A DNA stretch of 64,000 bases from a virus (IMGVR_UViG_3300046795_000082:1-64000); one strand, 5' to 3'; positions 7,812 through 18,398 are shown, counted from the first letter of the stretch. Program-made: numbers and translations. The notes: generated by a model from the sequence alone, not told the origin.

Positions 7812-8399
7812 ATGACGACGACGAGCGAGAAGCTGCTGGAACTGGCGGCGCACTACGAAGAGAAGGCCAAGGCGCTGCGCCTGGCGGCGGCGGAACTGAA
7901 CGGCCACCTGACCACCAAGGCCAAAGCCACGATCGGACCGAAGCTGGAGGCCGCCATAGGCCTGCGGGGTCGACGGCCACCCGAGATGATGGCAGCGCGC
8001 CGCGCCATCGTGCGCGAACTCGTCGCCAGCGGTGTGAGCAAGACGCTGGACCTGCAGGCCGCTCTGGCGAAGCGGAGCATGAACGTGAACCAGGCGACCA
8101 TCATCACTGACCTGGCTGCGGTGGGCGCGATGAAGACCGGGAGCGGCCGTGACACCCACTGGACGCTGGGCGAGCCGGCCGGCAAGCACGCGACCAAGCG
8201 CAAGCCCGCGAAGACTGGCGTGTGGGCCGTCAGGATCAAAAACAACCGCGAGGAGTCCGCCAAGCTCCTGGCGCGGATCGCGTCGGCCGGCAAGCCAGTC
8301 ACGAAAGTCGGGCCACGCATCGGTGCGCTGGTTCGTCGCGGCTACGTCGAGAAAACCCCCGACGGGTACATTCGCACCGACAAGGCTTTCACGATTTAA
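7812..8399 (+). CDS. DNA-binding protein with ArgR-like winged-helix domain and a second C-terminal wHTH
   Basis: RRAIVRELV..KTLDLQAALAKRSMNVNQATIITDL matches the ArgR N-domain pattern (R..I..II...Q.EL...L...GF.VTQATISRDI). Confidence 0.6.
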   Translation: MTTTSEKLLELAAHYEEKAKALRLAAAELNGHLTTKAKATIGPKLEAAIGLRGRRPPEMMAARRAIVRELVASGVSKTLDLQAALAKRSMNVNQATIITDLAAVGAMKTGSGRDTHWTLGEPAGKHATKRKPAKTGVWAVRIKNNREESAKLLARIASAGKPVTKVGPRIGALVRRGYVEKTPDGYIRTDKAFTI

Positions 8400-8426
8400 T
8401 CTAGCCTCTACCCTCTCAAGCGAGTC

Positions 8427-8567
8427 CTGCGAGTCATCGCTCAGGCATGATGACTCGCAGTCCTCTTATGCCCTCACCAGGGGCACCGCCGACCTACCGG
8501 CAGCCCAGCCCGGACAGGAGGCCCCCTTCATTAACCCAGTGTGAAAGTCCTCGTAGTCATGATGACT
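8427..8567. promoter_or_regulatory. inverted repeats (operators and/or terminator)
   Basis: 12-bp perfect IR CTGCGAGTCATC/GATGACTCGCAG (8427-8438, 8449-8460) and AGTCAT-G-ATGACT (8555-8567). Confidence 0.5.
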
Positions 8568-8689
8568 GCGGGGGATAGGGCATCTGGGGAACCGTCACAC
8601 CACCGCCACGCCCGACGGTGGATGTGCATGGTTGACTTGACGCGCGCTTAGTCCGGGTTCATTTTCCCGCACGTAACAGGAGCGCGACG

Positions 8690-9052
8690 ATGGAGCCGTT
8701 GATGTCACCAACGAACGGACCGCGCAGCTTTCCGGCCAAGCCCGTCGACCCGCCGGTGGGACAGACCGTAGTTCCTGCGGGCAGCCAGCAGGGAAGCCTC
8801 AGTAAGGCCCAGGCCAGAAGCCTCAGTAAAGCCCTGGCGGCATATCTCGCCGGACCTCCGCGGCGGTCCCAACGCGAGCTGGCACGACGCCTGGGAGTCA
8901 ACCAGAGTTTCATTTCAAAAATTCTGCGCGGCGTGCGCTCAATCAGCTTGAAGCTCGCAATCGAGCTGCACGCGAAAACGGGGATTTCGCTCGACCATCT
9001 CCAGCTACCGCGCAAGAGGCACAAACAGCCGCGACCGCCCAGCACCACGTAA
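8690..9052 (+). CDS. XRE-family (Cro/CI-like) HTH regulator
   Basis: SQRELARRLGVNQSFISKILRG..ISLKLAIEL is a canonical HTH_3 pattern. Confidence 0.85.
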   Translation: MEPLMSPTNGPRSFPAKPVDPPVGQTVVPAGSQQGSLSKAQARSLSKALAAYLAGPPRRSQRELARRLGVNQSFISKILRGVRSISLKLAIELHAKTGISLDHLQLPRKRHKQPRPPSTT

Positions 9053-9070
9053 TCACGCGTTCCGACGGAG

Positions 9071-10491
<1,421 letters not shown>

Positions 10492-11001
10492 ATGGGTAGC
10501 GTGGGCGGCTCTCGACACTACGGCGGCGGTGGGCTCGGACAGACAGGCGTGTGGGCGTGTCCGGCGTGCGGCGCCGAGAACCAGGGGCCGATCGACCAGG
10601 GCTGCGCGCTGTGCGGTGCTGGCAAGCCGGGCCGCCGCGTCAAGCCGTCGACACCGCCGCCTCCGCCACCCGCGCACGACGACGACCCGCGTGTGGAGCA
10701 GGGCGACGTCGCCGACTACTGGGCGCGCACCCATCCCGAGGCCTCGATCGCTCAGGCCTACCGCGCCGGCTATCTCGACGGCGTCCGCGAGGCGCTCGCC
10801 AAGACCCGCGCGGCAGAGGCCTCACCGCCGCTCCTCGTCGAGGACAAAGCGCGCCGCACGATCATCGCGGCGCTCGCGCTCTTTCGCGACCAGGTACTCG
10901 CGAGCAGCCCCGAGGAGGTCACCAGCGGGGAGTGGCTGAGCGCCGACGAAGCGGATGCGGTCATCGCGGAACTGACGGAACTGGAGACCACCCATGCCTG
11001 A
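10492..11001 (+). CDS. zinc-ribbon hypothetical protein
   Basis: WACPACGAEN...CALCG (RanBP2-type pattern). Confidence 0.65.
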   Translation: MGSVGGSRHYGGGGLGQTGVWACPACGAENQGPIDQGCALCGAGKPGRRVKPSTPPPPPPAHDDDPRVEQGDVADYWARTHPEASIAQAYRAGYLDGVREALAKTRAAEASPPLLVEDKARRTIIAALALFRDQVLASSPEEVTSGEWLSADEADAVIAELTELETTHA

Positions 11002-11191
11002 TCGAATGCTGCAATTCTTCGAATACGCGCACCTGCCGGAGCCCCTGCAGGCGGCCAGTCGACGCTTCTACGAGCTGGCGCACGGGGTCGTGGACGACTT
11101 CCCGATGAACCCGGAACGCACGGTCTGCCTTCGCAAGCTCCTGGAGGCCAAGGACGCCGCCGTTCGCACCCTGCTCTACAAGGAGGCGTGA
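10994..11191 (+). CDS. small helical-hairpin protein, candidate nucleotide-signal sponge (Acb2/Tad1-hairpin-like)
   Basis: FFEYAHLP..LQ..S..F..LA.....P..PERTVCLRKLLEAKDAAVR is a widespread phage family; the second helix resembles the Tad1 RE.A.ALT..EEA.MW helix. Confidence 0.5.
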   Translation: MPDRMLQFFEYAHLPEPLQAASRRFYELAHGVVDDFPMNPERTVCLRKLLEAKDAAVRTLLYKEA

Positions 11192-12510
11192 TGCCTGACG
11201 CACGCCGTATCTTCACCGCCACCCTGATCCTGGGCGTCCCTGGCGCCGGCAAGACGTCACTATTAGCAACCTTCGCGCGCTACCTCTGGGAGACCTACAC
11301 ACGCGTGCTCCTGTTGTACAGCTGGGACGGCGGCGCGATCCCGACCGACCTGCAGAAGCTGATGCAGCAGGGCCTCATCCGGTTCTGGCGCTGTCGCACG
11401 CGCTCCGCTCCTGGCCTGGGCATCGAGACGCTCTATTTGGCCACTAAGGGCTATTGGCCGCGCCACATCGACCCTACGACTGGGGAGACCTCACCGGCCG
11501 TCGACCTCGTGCCGCCGGTCACGACCGAGTACCACGTCACCTGCCCCAAGGGCCATCCGCTGGCGAAGCTGCCGACGCGCGCGACGATCGCCCCGACCTA
11601 CTGCGACGCCTGCAAGACGCTCATCGCGCTCAACGAGCTGACGGTGGCCGAGACCGTCACCCGCACGGTTGGATTCGAGAAGGTCGGTGGCGTGGCGTTC
11701 GACGGCCTGACCTCGATGACCCAGGTGGTTATGGAGCATATGGACCATGCCCGCGGCCAGGGCCTGATCGGCGGCGAGAAGCCGGCCTTCGGCGGCAACG
11801 TCATCTCCGGGTCCATCAAGCTGGGCGGCAACAACCGGGCGGACGTGGGGTTCGGCCAGAGTCGCGGGCAGCAGTTCGTGATGAACAGCCTCTCGATTCC
11901 CCACCTCGTCGAGGGCCCCGTCTTCACCGCGCTCTCGATGGAAGCGACCGACGAGGGCGGCCTGCCAATCGTCGGGGCGAAGCTCCCGGGGCGCGCGGCG
12001 ACCGACGAAGCCAGCAGCTGGTTCGGCAACGCCTGGGAGATGGGGAAGACCATCGACGACGGTGGCGGGGAGCACTTCACCCTGTTCCTGCGCCCGTTCA
12101 CCGACGCCCAGAACCGGCGGCACCTGCTCAAGACCTCCGCATCCCCGACGGGGCTGCCCGACCAGCTGACCGACCCGATCGGCGAACCCTGGAAGCAGGC
12201 GAACCTGGGGCTGGTCTACAGCCTGCTCGACCAGGACCTGGCCCGGGCGCTCGCCGAGGAAATTCCTGGCGCCCCGGGGATGGCTGCCACGCCGAAGGAC
12301 TACGGCGGTGGCACGTTCCAGGTCTTCACCACGCCAGTGCCATCGCCTCGCCAGGAGGTGGAGCTGCCGCTGCCGTTCGCTCCACCTGTCGCCCCACCCC
12401 GAGCCGCCGCACCGGTGGCCACCGCGCGGAAGCGCCGCGCCGATGCGGCCCCGCCACCCCCCGGAATGCGCCCCCCAGCGCGGGCCCCAGAAACGGAACC
12501 CGTCGCCTAA
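11191..12510 (+). CDS. Sak4-like AAA ATPase/ssDNA annealing protein with zinc-ribbon insertion
   Basis: Walker A GVPGAGKT, Walker B VAFDGLT, inserted CPKGH..CDAC; located between exonuclease and SSB-like genes. Confidence 0.7.
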   Translation: MPDARRIFTATLILGVPGAGKTSLLATFARYLWETYTRVLLLYSWDGGAIPTDLQKLMQQGLIRFWRCRTRSAPGLGIETLYLATKGYWPRHIDPTTGETSPAVDLVPPVTTEYHVTCPKGHPLAKLPTRATIAPTYCDACKTLIALNELTVAETVTRTVGFEKVGGVAFDGLTSMTQVVMEHMDHARGQGLIGGEKPAFGGNVISGSIKLGGNNRADVGFGQSRGQQFVMNSLSIPHLVEGPVFTALSMEATDEGGLPIVGAKLPGRAATDEASSWFGNAWEMGKTIDDGGGEHFTLFLRPFTDAQNRRHLLKTSASPTGLPDQLTDPIGEPWKQANLGLVYSLLDQDLARALAEEIPGAPGMAATPKDYGGGTFQVFTTPVPSPRQEVELPLPFAPPVAPPRAAAPVATARKRRADAAPPPPGMRPPARAPETEPVA

Positions 12511-12531
12511 CCAAGACAGGAGCACACGTGT

Positions 12532-13188
12532 ATGGGAAAGACACTGCAGGAACTTCAGCTGAAAGACGAAGCCATGCCGACCGCGGGAGACGACCTGGGT
12601 GAACTGCCGACCTTCGGGACGTTCTCACCCCCGCCGCCGGCCGGCGCCTACCGGTTCAAGCTCCCGACGGTCCTGACCGGGATCTGGGACACCTTCGATG
12701 TGCCCGAGAAGACGCCGCCCCAACGGGTCAAGGCGATCTTCGACCGGGAGCACCCGCTGCTCATCATCCAGTCGCCAGGGGGGAAGCACAACCAGGAGCC
12801 CTTTGAGACGCGCCTGACCAACAACGAGCGGAAGCGCGGCAAGGGCGGGTCGGTCGTCGCCAGCGACCTCGACTACGTGCTGCGGGCGTGCGGGGTGAGC
12901 AAGAAGCCGAAGAACAACCGCGAATACATGGTCGCGGTGCAGCAGCAAGGCGGCAAGGAGTTTGGCGCCGACATTCGCTATTCGTGGCGCTGCAGCAAGG
13001 ACCGCGACGTTCGCGTCCGCGACGCGGCCGGCCAGTTCCAGGTCATCGAGGATAAGAAGGGCTGCGGGACGGCCTACTACCAGGAAGACGTCGGCAAGGT
13101 CAATGGCGAGGTGCCCTACGAGGTGACCTGCGAGCAGTGCGGCGCGACGCTGCGCGCGTTCCCCAATCTCGACAACATCAGGAGCTGA
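12532..13188 (+). CDS. putative ssDNA-binding protein (DUF669-like OB fold) with C-terminal zinc ribbon
   Basis: PPPAGAYRFKL start of OB fold; position directly after the Sak4-like gene; CEQC. Confidence 0.55.
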   Translation: MGKTLQELQLKDEAMPTAGDDLGELPTFGTFSPPPPAGAYRFKLPTVLTGIWDTFDVPEKTPPQRVKAIFDREHPLLIIQSPGGKHNQEPFETRLTNNERKRGKGGSVVASDLDYVLRACGVSKKPKNNREYMVAVQQQGGKEFGADIRYSWRCSKDRDVRVRDAAGQFQVIEDKKGCGTAYYQEDVGKVNGEVPYEVTCEQCGATLRAFPNLDNIRS

Positions 13189-13191
13189 CCC

Positions 13192-13425
13192 ATGACAACA
13201 CCCAAGCGAGACCCGATCCTCGCGGTCCTGCACTATTTCGAGACCGCCGAGCTGCCGCGGGCCGAGCAGGCATTCGAGCTGGTGCGGGAGGCGCTCCGGA
13301 AGCGCCGGCTGCCGAAGACACCGCCGGTTCGCGTCGCTGTTCCCGCGGCCACCAAGAAGGCCCCGCCGCCGAACAACAAGAAGAAGGCACCGGCCGCTAC
13401 ACCGGCCGCGCCGCTCCCGAGCTAA
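13192..13425 (+). CDS. small basic hypothetical protein
   Basis: 77-aa ORF with Lys/Pro-rich tail. Confidence 0.55.
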   Translation: MTTPKRDPILAVLHYFETAELPRAEQAFELVREALRKRRLPKTPPVRVAVPAATKKAPPPNNKKKAPAATPAAPLPS

Positions 13426-13430
13426 GGGCG

Positions 13431-13619
13431 ATGTTCGACACCAGCTGCTACAACCTCGCGCTGCACTGGCTGGAGGACGAGCCGCTGCGGACCCAGGAGG
13501 AACGGGAGGCGCGGGCCATAGGGCTCGCGCAGGCCATCCAGGACGCGATCGAGGGCTGGTTGGAAGACAACCCTCAACACCACAACCTCGATGAGGAGCT
13601 GAACCGCCTTGACTCGTAA
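13431..13619 (+). CDS. small acidic hypothetical protein
   Basis: ATG at 13431 (MFDTSCYNLALHWLEDE...). Confidence 0.55.
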   Translation: MFDTSCYNLALHWLEDEPLRTQEEREARAIGLAQAIQDAIEGWLEDNPQHHNLDEELNRLDS

Positions 13620-14769
13620 GACGCCACTCGTCCTCGTTGGTGACGGACCGCAGGAGGCGACTGGGCTGGGGCGCATCGCACGCGACCTCGGGATGCTCGT
13701 GACGTCGACGCCACTCGACATCGAGTTCCTGCAGATCGGCGGCAGCGTGCCGCCGTGCTGGACCGCCTGGCCACACGTGCCCATGGGGGTGACGGAGCGG
13801 GGTGACGACTGGGGAGTCTCGTTCGTCGAGGCCATCTATCGTGACCGCTTCGGCGACACGCCGGGTGTCCTCTGGCTCGTCTGGGACCCGGCGCGCTGCT
13901 ATGCCTACGCCGCGTGCAACCTGCCGGTCCAGCACTGGGGCTACCTGGCGGTCGACTCGCACAATCGCTACGGGGGCCTTTCTGGGCTCCCAGCAGCCGC
14001 TGTAGCGACGTTCGACCGCGTGTTGGGATATGGACGCTGGGGCGCAGAAGTCCTCCGTACGGCCCGCGAGACGCCTGTGAGCTACCTTCCCCACGGCCTG
14101 TGGCTGGAGACATTTCGGCCGCCCAGTGGAGAAGAGTGGGCCTGGGTGGCCGCGCAGCTCGGTCCACACGTCGGCCGAGCGGCCGTCATCGGCTGCGTGG
14201 CCACCAATCAGGCGCGCAAGGACCTGGCGCTCTACGCTGAGACGCTGGCGACCTTGCGCGACCGCGGACACCTGGTCTACGGCTGGCTCCACACCGACGC
14301 CGTCACGGGCGCATGGTCGATCGACCAGCTCGTCGCCGACTGCGGGCTGCGAAAGCAGCTCACCGTGACGATCGGGAATTTGACCGACCGGCAGCTGGCG
14401 TGTCTCTACCACCGCTGCACGGTGACGATCGCGCCCGGCCTGGGCGAGGGGTTCGGCTATCCGATCGTCGAGAGCCTCGCCAGCGGCGTGCCGGTCGTCC
14501 ATGGAGATTTCGGTGGCGGTAGCGAATTGGTGCCCAAACTGGAATGGCGCATTCCGATCCGAGAAGTCCGCCGCGAGAGCATCTACGCGCTGACCCGCCC
14601 GGTCTACCGCGCCGAGGACGCCGCCAACGCCGTGGAACGCGTGTGGAGGTGGCAGGCGGAGGTCGGCCCGACCGTCGCCGCCGCCTACTGTCGCGGCTGC
14701 GTCGCCCATCTCGACTGGGGCGTGCTCGCGCCCCGCTGGACCACTTGGCTCAAGGCAGGTCTGCAATGA
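13609..14769 (+). CDS. GT-B glycosyltransferase (GT4-like)
   Basis: VATNQARKD and EGFGYPIVESLASGVPVV (Ex7E donor-binding motif). Confidence 0.9.
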   Translation: MTRKTPLVLVGDGPQEATGLGRIARDLGMLVTSTPLDIEFLQIGGSVPPCWTAWPHVPMGVTERGDDWGVSFVEAIYRDRFGDTPGVLWLVWDPARCYAYAACNLPVQHWGYLAVDSHNRYGGLSGLPAAAVATFDRVLGYGRWGAEVLRTARETPVSYLPHGLWLETFRPPSGEEWAWVAAQLGPHVGRAAVIGCVATNQARKDLALYAETLATLRDRGHLVYGWLHTDAVTGAWSIDQLVADCGLRKQLTVTIGNLTDRQLACLYHRCTVTIAPGLGEGFGYPIVESLASGVPVVHGDFGGGSELVPKLEWRIPIREVRRESIYALTRPVYRAEDAANAVERVWRWQAEVGPTVAAAYCRGCVAHLDWGVLAPRWTTWLKAGLQ

Positions 14770-15014
14770 AAAGCGCCTTGGTTCACGGGCAGCTGGTCAT
14801 CGTCGAGGGCCAGGCCGGCAGTGGCGTGCCGCTCATCGTGACCACCATCGAGTGCGACATCTGCGGCAGCTACTCGATCGTTGTCGCGGCCCACCACGCC
14901 AAGTCACTCCTGAAGATCCTGCGCGACTGCATCGCCGAACTGCCCGACGAGGCGACCGCTGACGAAGGGCAGCCGCTGCCGACGCGCCGACCGCCGAACC
15001 CGGAGGACAACTGA
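14766..15014 (+). CDS. small hypothetical protein with CxxC
   Basis: CDIC; ATGA/TGATG coupling within the operon. Confidence 0.55.
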   Translation: MKSALVHGQLVIVEGQAGSGVPLIVTTIECDICGSYSIVVAAHHAKSLLKILRDCIAELPDEATADEGQPLPTRRPPNPEDN

Positions 15015-15826
15015 TGGCCATTGGCATCGTGACGGCGACCACCAACCTGGCCCGGGCGAGCCGGACGATCGACAGCTGGAGCCAGTGCTCCAGCCGCCGG
15101 ATACCAATCCAGATCGTCGTCAATGGCGGCGTCGCAGCGCGCCCCTACCTGGGCGTCGTTCCGGCCTTCCGCGAGGGCGTCGACGAGCTGCTGCGAACCG
15201 AGCCGGAGGTCGACATCATCGCCTGCTTCCACGACGACCTGACGATTCTCGACGAGGGCTGGGACACGCGTGTCCAGCAGGCGTTCGACCGCCATAAGAC
15301 GCTCGGCCTAGCCGGCTTCAGTGGCGCCATCGGGCTGGGCACCGACGACCTCTACCACGGCCCCTACGACCCGATGCAGCTGGCGCGGATTGGGTTCCGC
15401 TCCAACCTAGTCGACGCCGAGACCCACGGGGCGCGCAGCCTGGTGCCGGAGATGGTCGTCTGCTGCGATGGCTTCTCCCAGATCGGCCGGCGGGCCTTCT
15501 TCCTGGGCCAGTCGCTGCAGGAGCACTTGGAACATCAGACCAGCCGGCGGGGCTGCACCCGCCCGTGGACCGCGCTGGAGCAGCTGGGGTTCGTGCATCA
15601 CTTCTACGACGGTGCGCTGGGCTGCCTGGCGCGTCGCTTGGGCTGGCAGGTGCGCTATCTGCCAGTGCGGTGTCACCACCAGGGGGGCCAGACCGCGGTC
15701 GGCGACCCCGGCTATCAACGCTGGGCCGCGCTGGAAATTGACGGAGGCGACCGTGGATTCTGGGAAGCGGCCCATCGAATTGGCTACGACACCTTCAAAG
15801 ACGTCCTCCCCCTCCGGCTCCGATGA
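15014..15826 (+). CDS. GT-A glycosyltransferase (GT2-like)
   Basis: IIACFHDDL (DxD-equivalent), DGF and HHFYD motifs. Confidence 0.8.
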   Translation: MAIGIVTATTNLARASRTIDSWSQCSSRRIPIQIVVNGGVAARPYLGVVPAFREGVDELLRTEPEVDIIACFHDDLTILDEGWDTRVQQAFDRHKTLGLAGFSGAIGLGTDDLYHGPYDPMQLARIGFRSNLVDAETHGARSLVPEMVVCCDGFSQIGRRAFFLGQSLQEHLEHQTSRRGCTRPWTALEQLGFVHHFYDGALGCLARRLGWQVRYLPVRCHHQGGQTAVGDPGYQRWAALEIDGGDRGFWEAAHRIGYDTFKDVLPLRLR

Positions 15827-16043
15827 GCGCTGTGAGGGGATTGTGCAGCGCCTGCTGCCTGAGCGGGGCTACGGCTTCATCCGCGCGCGCGACGGGCAGT
15901 ACGTGGGGGTTGACTTCTTCTTCCACGCGTCGGGCCTGATTGGCGGCTGCGCGATGCGCGACCTGGAGCAGGGCGACCTGGTCCGCTTCGAACCGCGCCT
16001 CGCGGCGAAGGGCCACCGCGCCGAGAACATCGAGCTGTTATGA
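15823..16043 (+). CDS. cold-shock domain protein (start codon out of frame by one base)
   Basis: GIVQRL..ERGYGFI (RNP1) and DFFFHAS (RNP2), VRFE..KG.RAENI; ATG at 15823 is one base off the domain frame. Confidence 0.75.
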
Positions 16044-16855
16044 AAGTGCTCGCCACCCACCCCGGCCGCTACGGCGACCTGCTCTGGGCGCTGCCCACCG
16101 TGCGGGCCCTGGCGCAGACCTTCAGCTGCCAGGTCGACCTGCTCCTGTCACCCCGCTACAGTGACCCATACTTCTGCGCGCTGCTGAAACGGCAGATCTA
16201 CATCGGCACGGTCACCCACATGCGTGACTGGGCGATTCTCGAAACCGCGCCAATCTCACCGCGGATCCCCCCAAACCTGCCTCCGGGCTACGACCGCATC
16301 TTTCATCTCGGCTACACCGACTGGCCCGCGCACGCGCTGCCCCTGGAGACCTATCAGCTCACGTCTCGGCACGCCCTGCTGGCCCCGCTCAACCTCGCGC
16401 AGCCGTGGATCGTAGCGCAGGCACCGATGCGCCTCTGTAAGGTCGTCGTCGGCTTCTCCGATGAATATTTCGAGATGAAATACGGCCTGGCGCGGCTGCT
16501 GTGGGAGCACCTCGGTGAGGCGATGGTCAATCTCTCGGGCGGGCCGCGCTGGACGACCCCCGAGACCCGTATCGAGCGCAACTGGGAAGCGGCAGCGAAC
16601 TGGATTGCTGGCGCCGAGCTGTTCGTCGGCTGCTGTTCAGCGCTGCACGTGCTCGCGTGTGCCCTCGGCACACCGGTGATTCTCGTCGAGCCGCAGGTCG
16701 CACGCCACCACGACGCCTTCTATCCCTACGGCAAGCTCGGACCCGAGGTCCTGCTCCTGACCGGTAACGACGGCCTGCCCACCTTCGACAGCCGCCATCT
16801 CCTCGATGCGGTCGACGCCCGGATCCCCCACACGCGTGAGGAGGCGATGCCATGA
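16040..16855 (+). CDS. GT-B glycosyltransferase (GT9/heptosyltransferase-like)
   Basis: GRYGDLLWALPTVRAL and LFVGCCSALHVLACALGTPVI match the GT9 patterns GD....P..RAL and F.G.DSG..H.A.A.G.P. Confidence 0.75.
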   Translation: MKVLATHPGRYGDLLWALPTVRALAQTFSCQVDLLLSPRYSDPYFCALLKRQIYIGTVTHMRDWAILETAPISPRIPPNLPPGYDRIFHLGYTDWPAHALPLETYQLTSRHALLAPLNLAQPWIVAQAPMRLCKVVVGFSDEYFEMKYGLARLLWEHLGEAMVNLSGGPRWTTPETRIERNWEAAANWIAGAELFVGCCSALHVLACALGTPVILVEPQVARHHDAFYPYGKLGPEVLLLTGNDGLPTFDSRHLLDAVDARIPHTREEAMP

Positions 16856-17253
16856 GCCGCTTGGTGAACTTCGGTCTCGGCGAGGTGTGTGACCGCGTCA
16901 GCATCCTCGCCCTGAAGATTCTCTACGGGGAGAGCAAGAGCGTCGACGTGCAGCACTTCCGAAACGAGCGCGCCGCGCTGATGGTGAAGGTCCTCACCAG
17001 AGACGGAGGCCGCTGGATCGAGTACTACAGCGACCTGGCCGCGGTGAATGCTGCGATCTGGCAGGCCGAGGAGATGATTCGCGGCCGACGTGAAGCGATC
17101 ACCCACACCGAGGACGAAGGCGAACTCGCCGCGCACCACTACCAGGCCGGCGCGCTCGGCCTGCAGATCGCCACGCTCAACGACCGACGCGCCGCGCTCA
17201 TTCAGCAGATCAACGGCTTCGTCGGGGACGACAAGGCGGTGGAGAAGGTATGA
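16852..17253 (+). CDS. DUF6165-like all-helical protein
   Basis: GEVCDRVSILALK..., L..VN..IW..E..IR, and N..RA.L...IN pattern. Confidence 0.6.
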   Translation: MSRLVNFGLGEVCDRVSILALKILYGESKSVDVQHFRNERAALMVKVLTRDGGRWIEYYSDLAAVNAAIWQAEEMIRGRREAITHTEDEGELAAHHYQAGALGLQIATLNDRRAALIQQINGFVGDDKAVEKV

Positions 17254-18200
17254 AGGTCCTGCTGGTGACCACCTGGGGCGAGCCCTGCGGCATCGCCGAG
17301 CACAGCGCGATGCTCAAGGAGGCGGTCGAAGCTGCCGACCCCGACATCCAGGTCTTCCCCAACAGCGACCTCCTCGACCCGGCGCTGCTCGACGACGGGC
17401 GCGGCATCGACATCCTGCACCTGAACTATCAGGCCGCCCTCCACTCGCGGTGGACCTCAGCCCAGATCGCTTTCCTCCGCACGACCGGGATGAAGGTCGT
17501 CGTCACGTATCACGACTCCGGCGTCCCGAACTCCGATCACTGCAAAGCGATCATCGACGCGGCGGATGCCGCCGTCGTCCACGAGCCGTTCGACGACCTA
17601 CCGGCCGAGAAGACGCACTACTGGCGCATGGGAGTGCCCGAGGCGCCACAGCGCTACCGCCTGTTTCGCGCCAGCCCCGGCCACCGTCCCGTGCTGGGCA
17701 CGATCGGCTTCCCGTTTGGGTGGAAGAACTACAGCGCGCTGATTCGCGGGGCCGATGCGGCCGGCTGGAACGTGCTGCTGCTGGCGCCGACGGCCAGCAA
17801 GGAGCAGATCGCTGAGTGGCTGGACTGCAGTGACCACATCTTCGTCCGCGCGCAGTTCCTGCCCCGGGAGGAGGCCGTGCAGTGGCTCGCGGGCTGCGAC
17901 GCCACCGCCTTCACGTACGTCACGCACAACACCGGCCAGAGCGGCGCGATCCTGTTGGGCATCGCGGCCAGAAAGCCGGTGTTTGCGCTCAGAACCTGCA
18001 GGCAGTTCCGCGCCCTCTACGCCGACCCGATCGGCCGGCTGGCGATTCGCTGGATCGACAATTTCGACGACCTGGCGAAGGAGCTGCGCGCGCTGCCGCT
18101 CACCGGGAAGCCGGACAAGCCGACCGTCGCGCTCGCCGAGCAGGAGAGCTGGGCGCACCTGGGCAAGAAATACGCGGCGCTCTACCGGAGCCTCGTATGA
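17250..18200 (+). CDS. GT-B glycosyltransferase (GT4-like)
   Basis: MKVLLVTTWGEPCGIAEHS N-terminus, LHLNYQ, VTYHD and SGAILLGIAARKPV motifs. Confidence 0.75.
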   Translation: MKVLLVTTWGEPCGIAEHSAMLKEAVEAADPDIQVFPNSDLLDPALLDDGRGIDILHLNYQAALHSRWTSAQIAFLRTTGMKVVVTYHDSGVPNSDHCKAIIDAADAAVVHEPFDDLPAEKTHYWRMGVPEAPQRYRLFRASPGHRPVLGTIGFPFGWKNYSALIRGADAAGWNVLLLAPTASKEQIAEWLDCSDHIFVRAQFLPREEAVQWLAGCDATAFTYVTHNTGQSGAILLGIAARKPVFALRTCRQFRALYADPIGRLAIRWIDNFDDLAKELRALPLTGKPDKPTVALAEQESWAHLGKKYAALYRSLV

Positions 18201-18397
18201 AGGTCAGCGAGTGCATCGCGCGGCTGGAGAACGTGCTCAGGAAGCACGGCGACGTCCAGTGTGAATCCGACTGCCCATACTGCAACCGCTCGTTTGTCGT
18301 CGGCGTCGTCGCCACCGCCCCCGAGACCGTGCGCCTGAATCACCGGGAGAGCGATGGCCCCGTCGGCACGCGCGCCGTGAAAGAACAAAGAGGGTGA
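18197..18397 (+). CDS. small hypothetical protein
   Basis: ATGA overlap; CPYC. Confidence 0.5.
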   Translation: MKVSECIARLENVLRKHGDVQCESDCPYCNRSFVVGVVATAPETVRLNHRESDGPVGTRAVKEQRG

Positions 18398-18398
18398 C

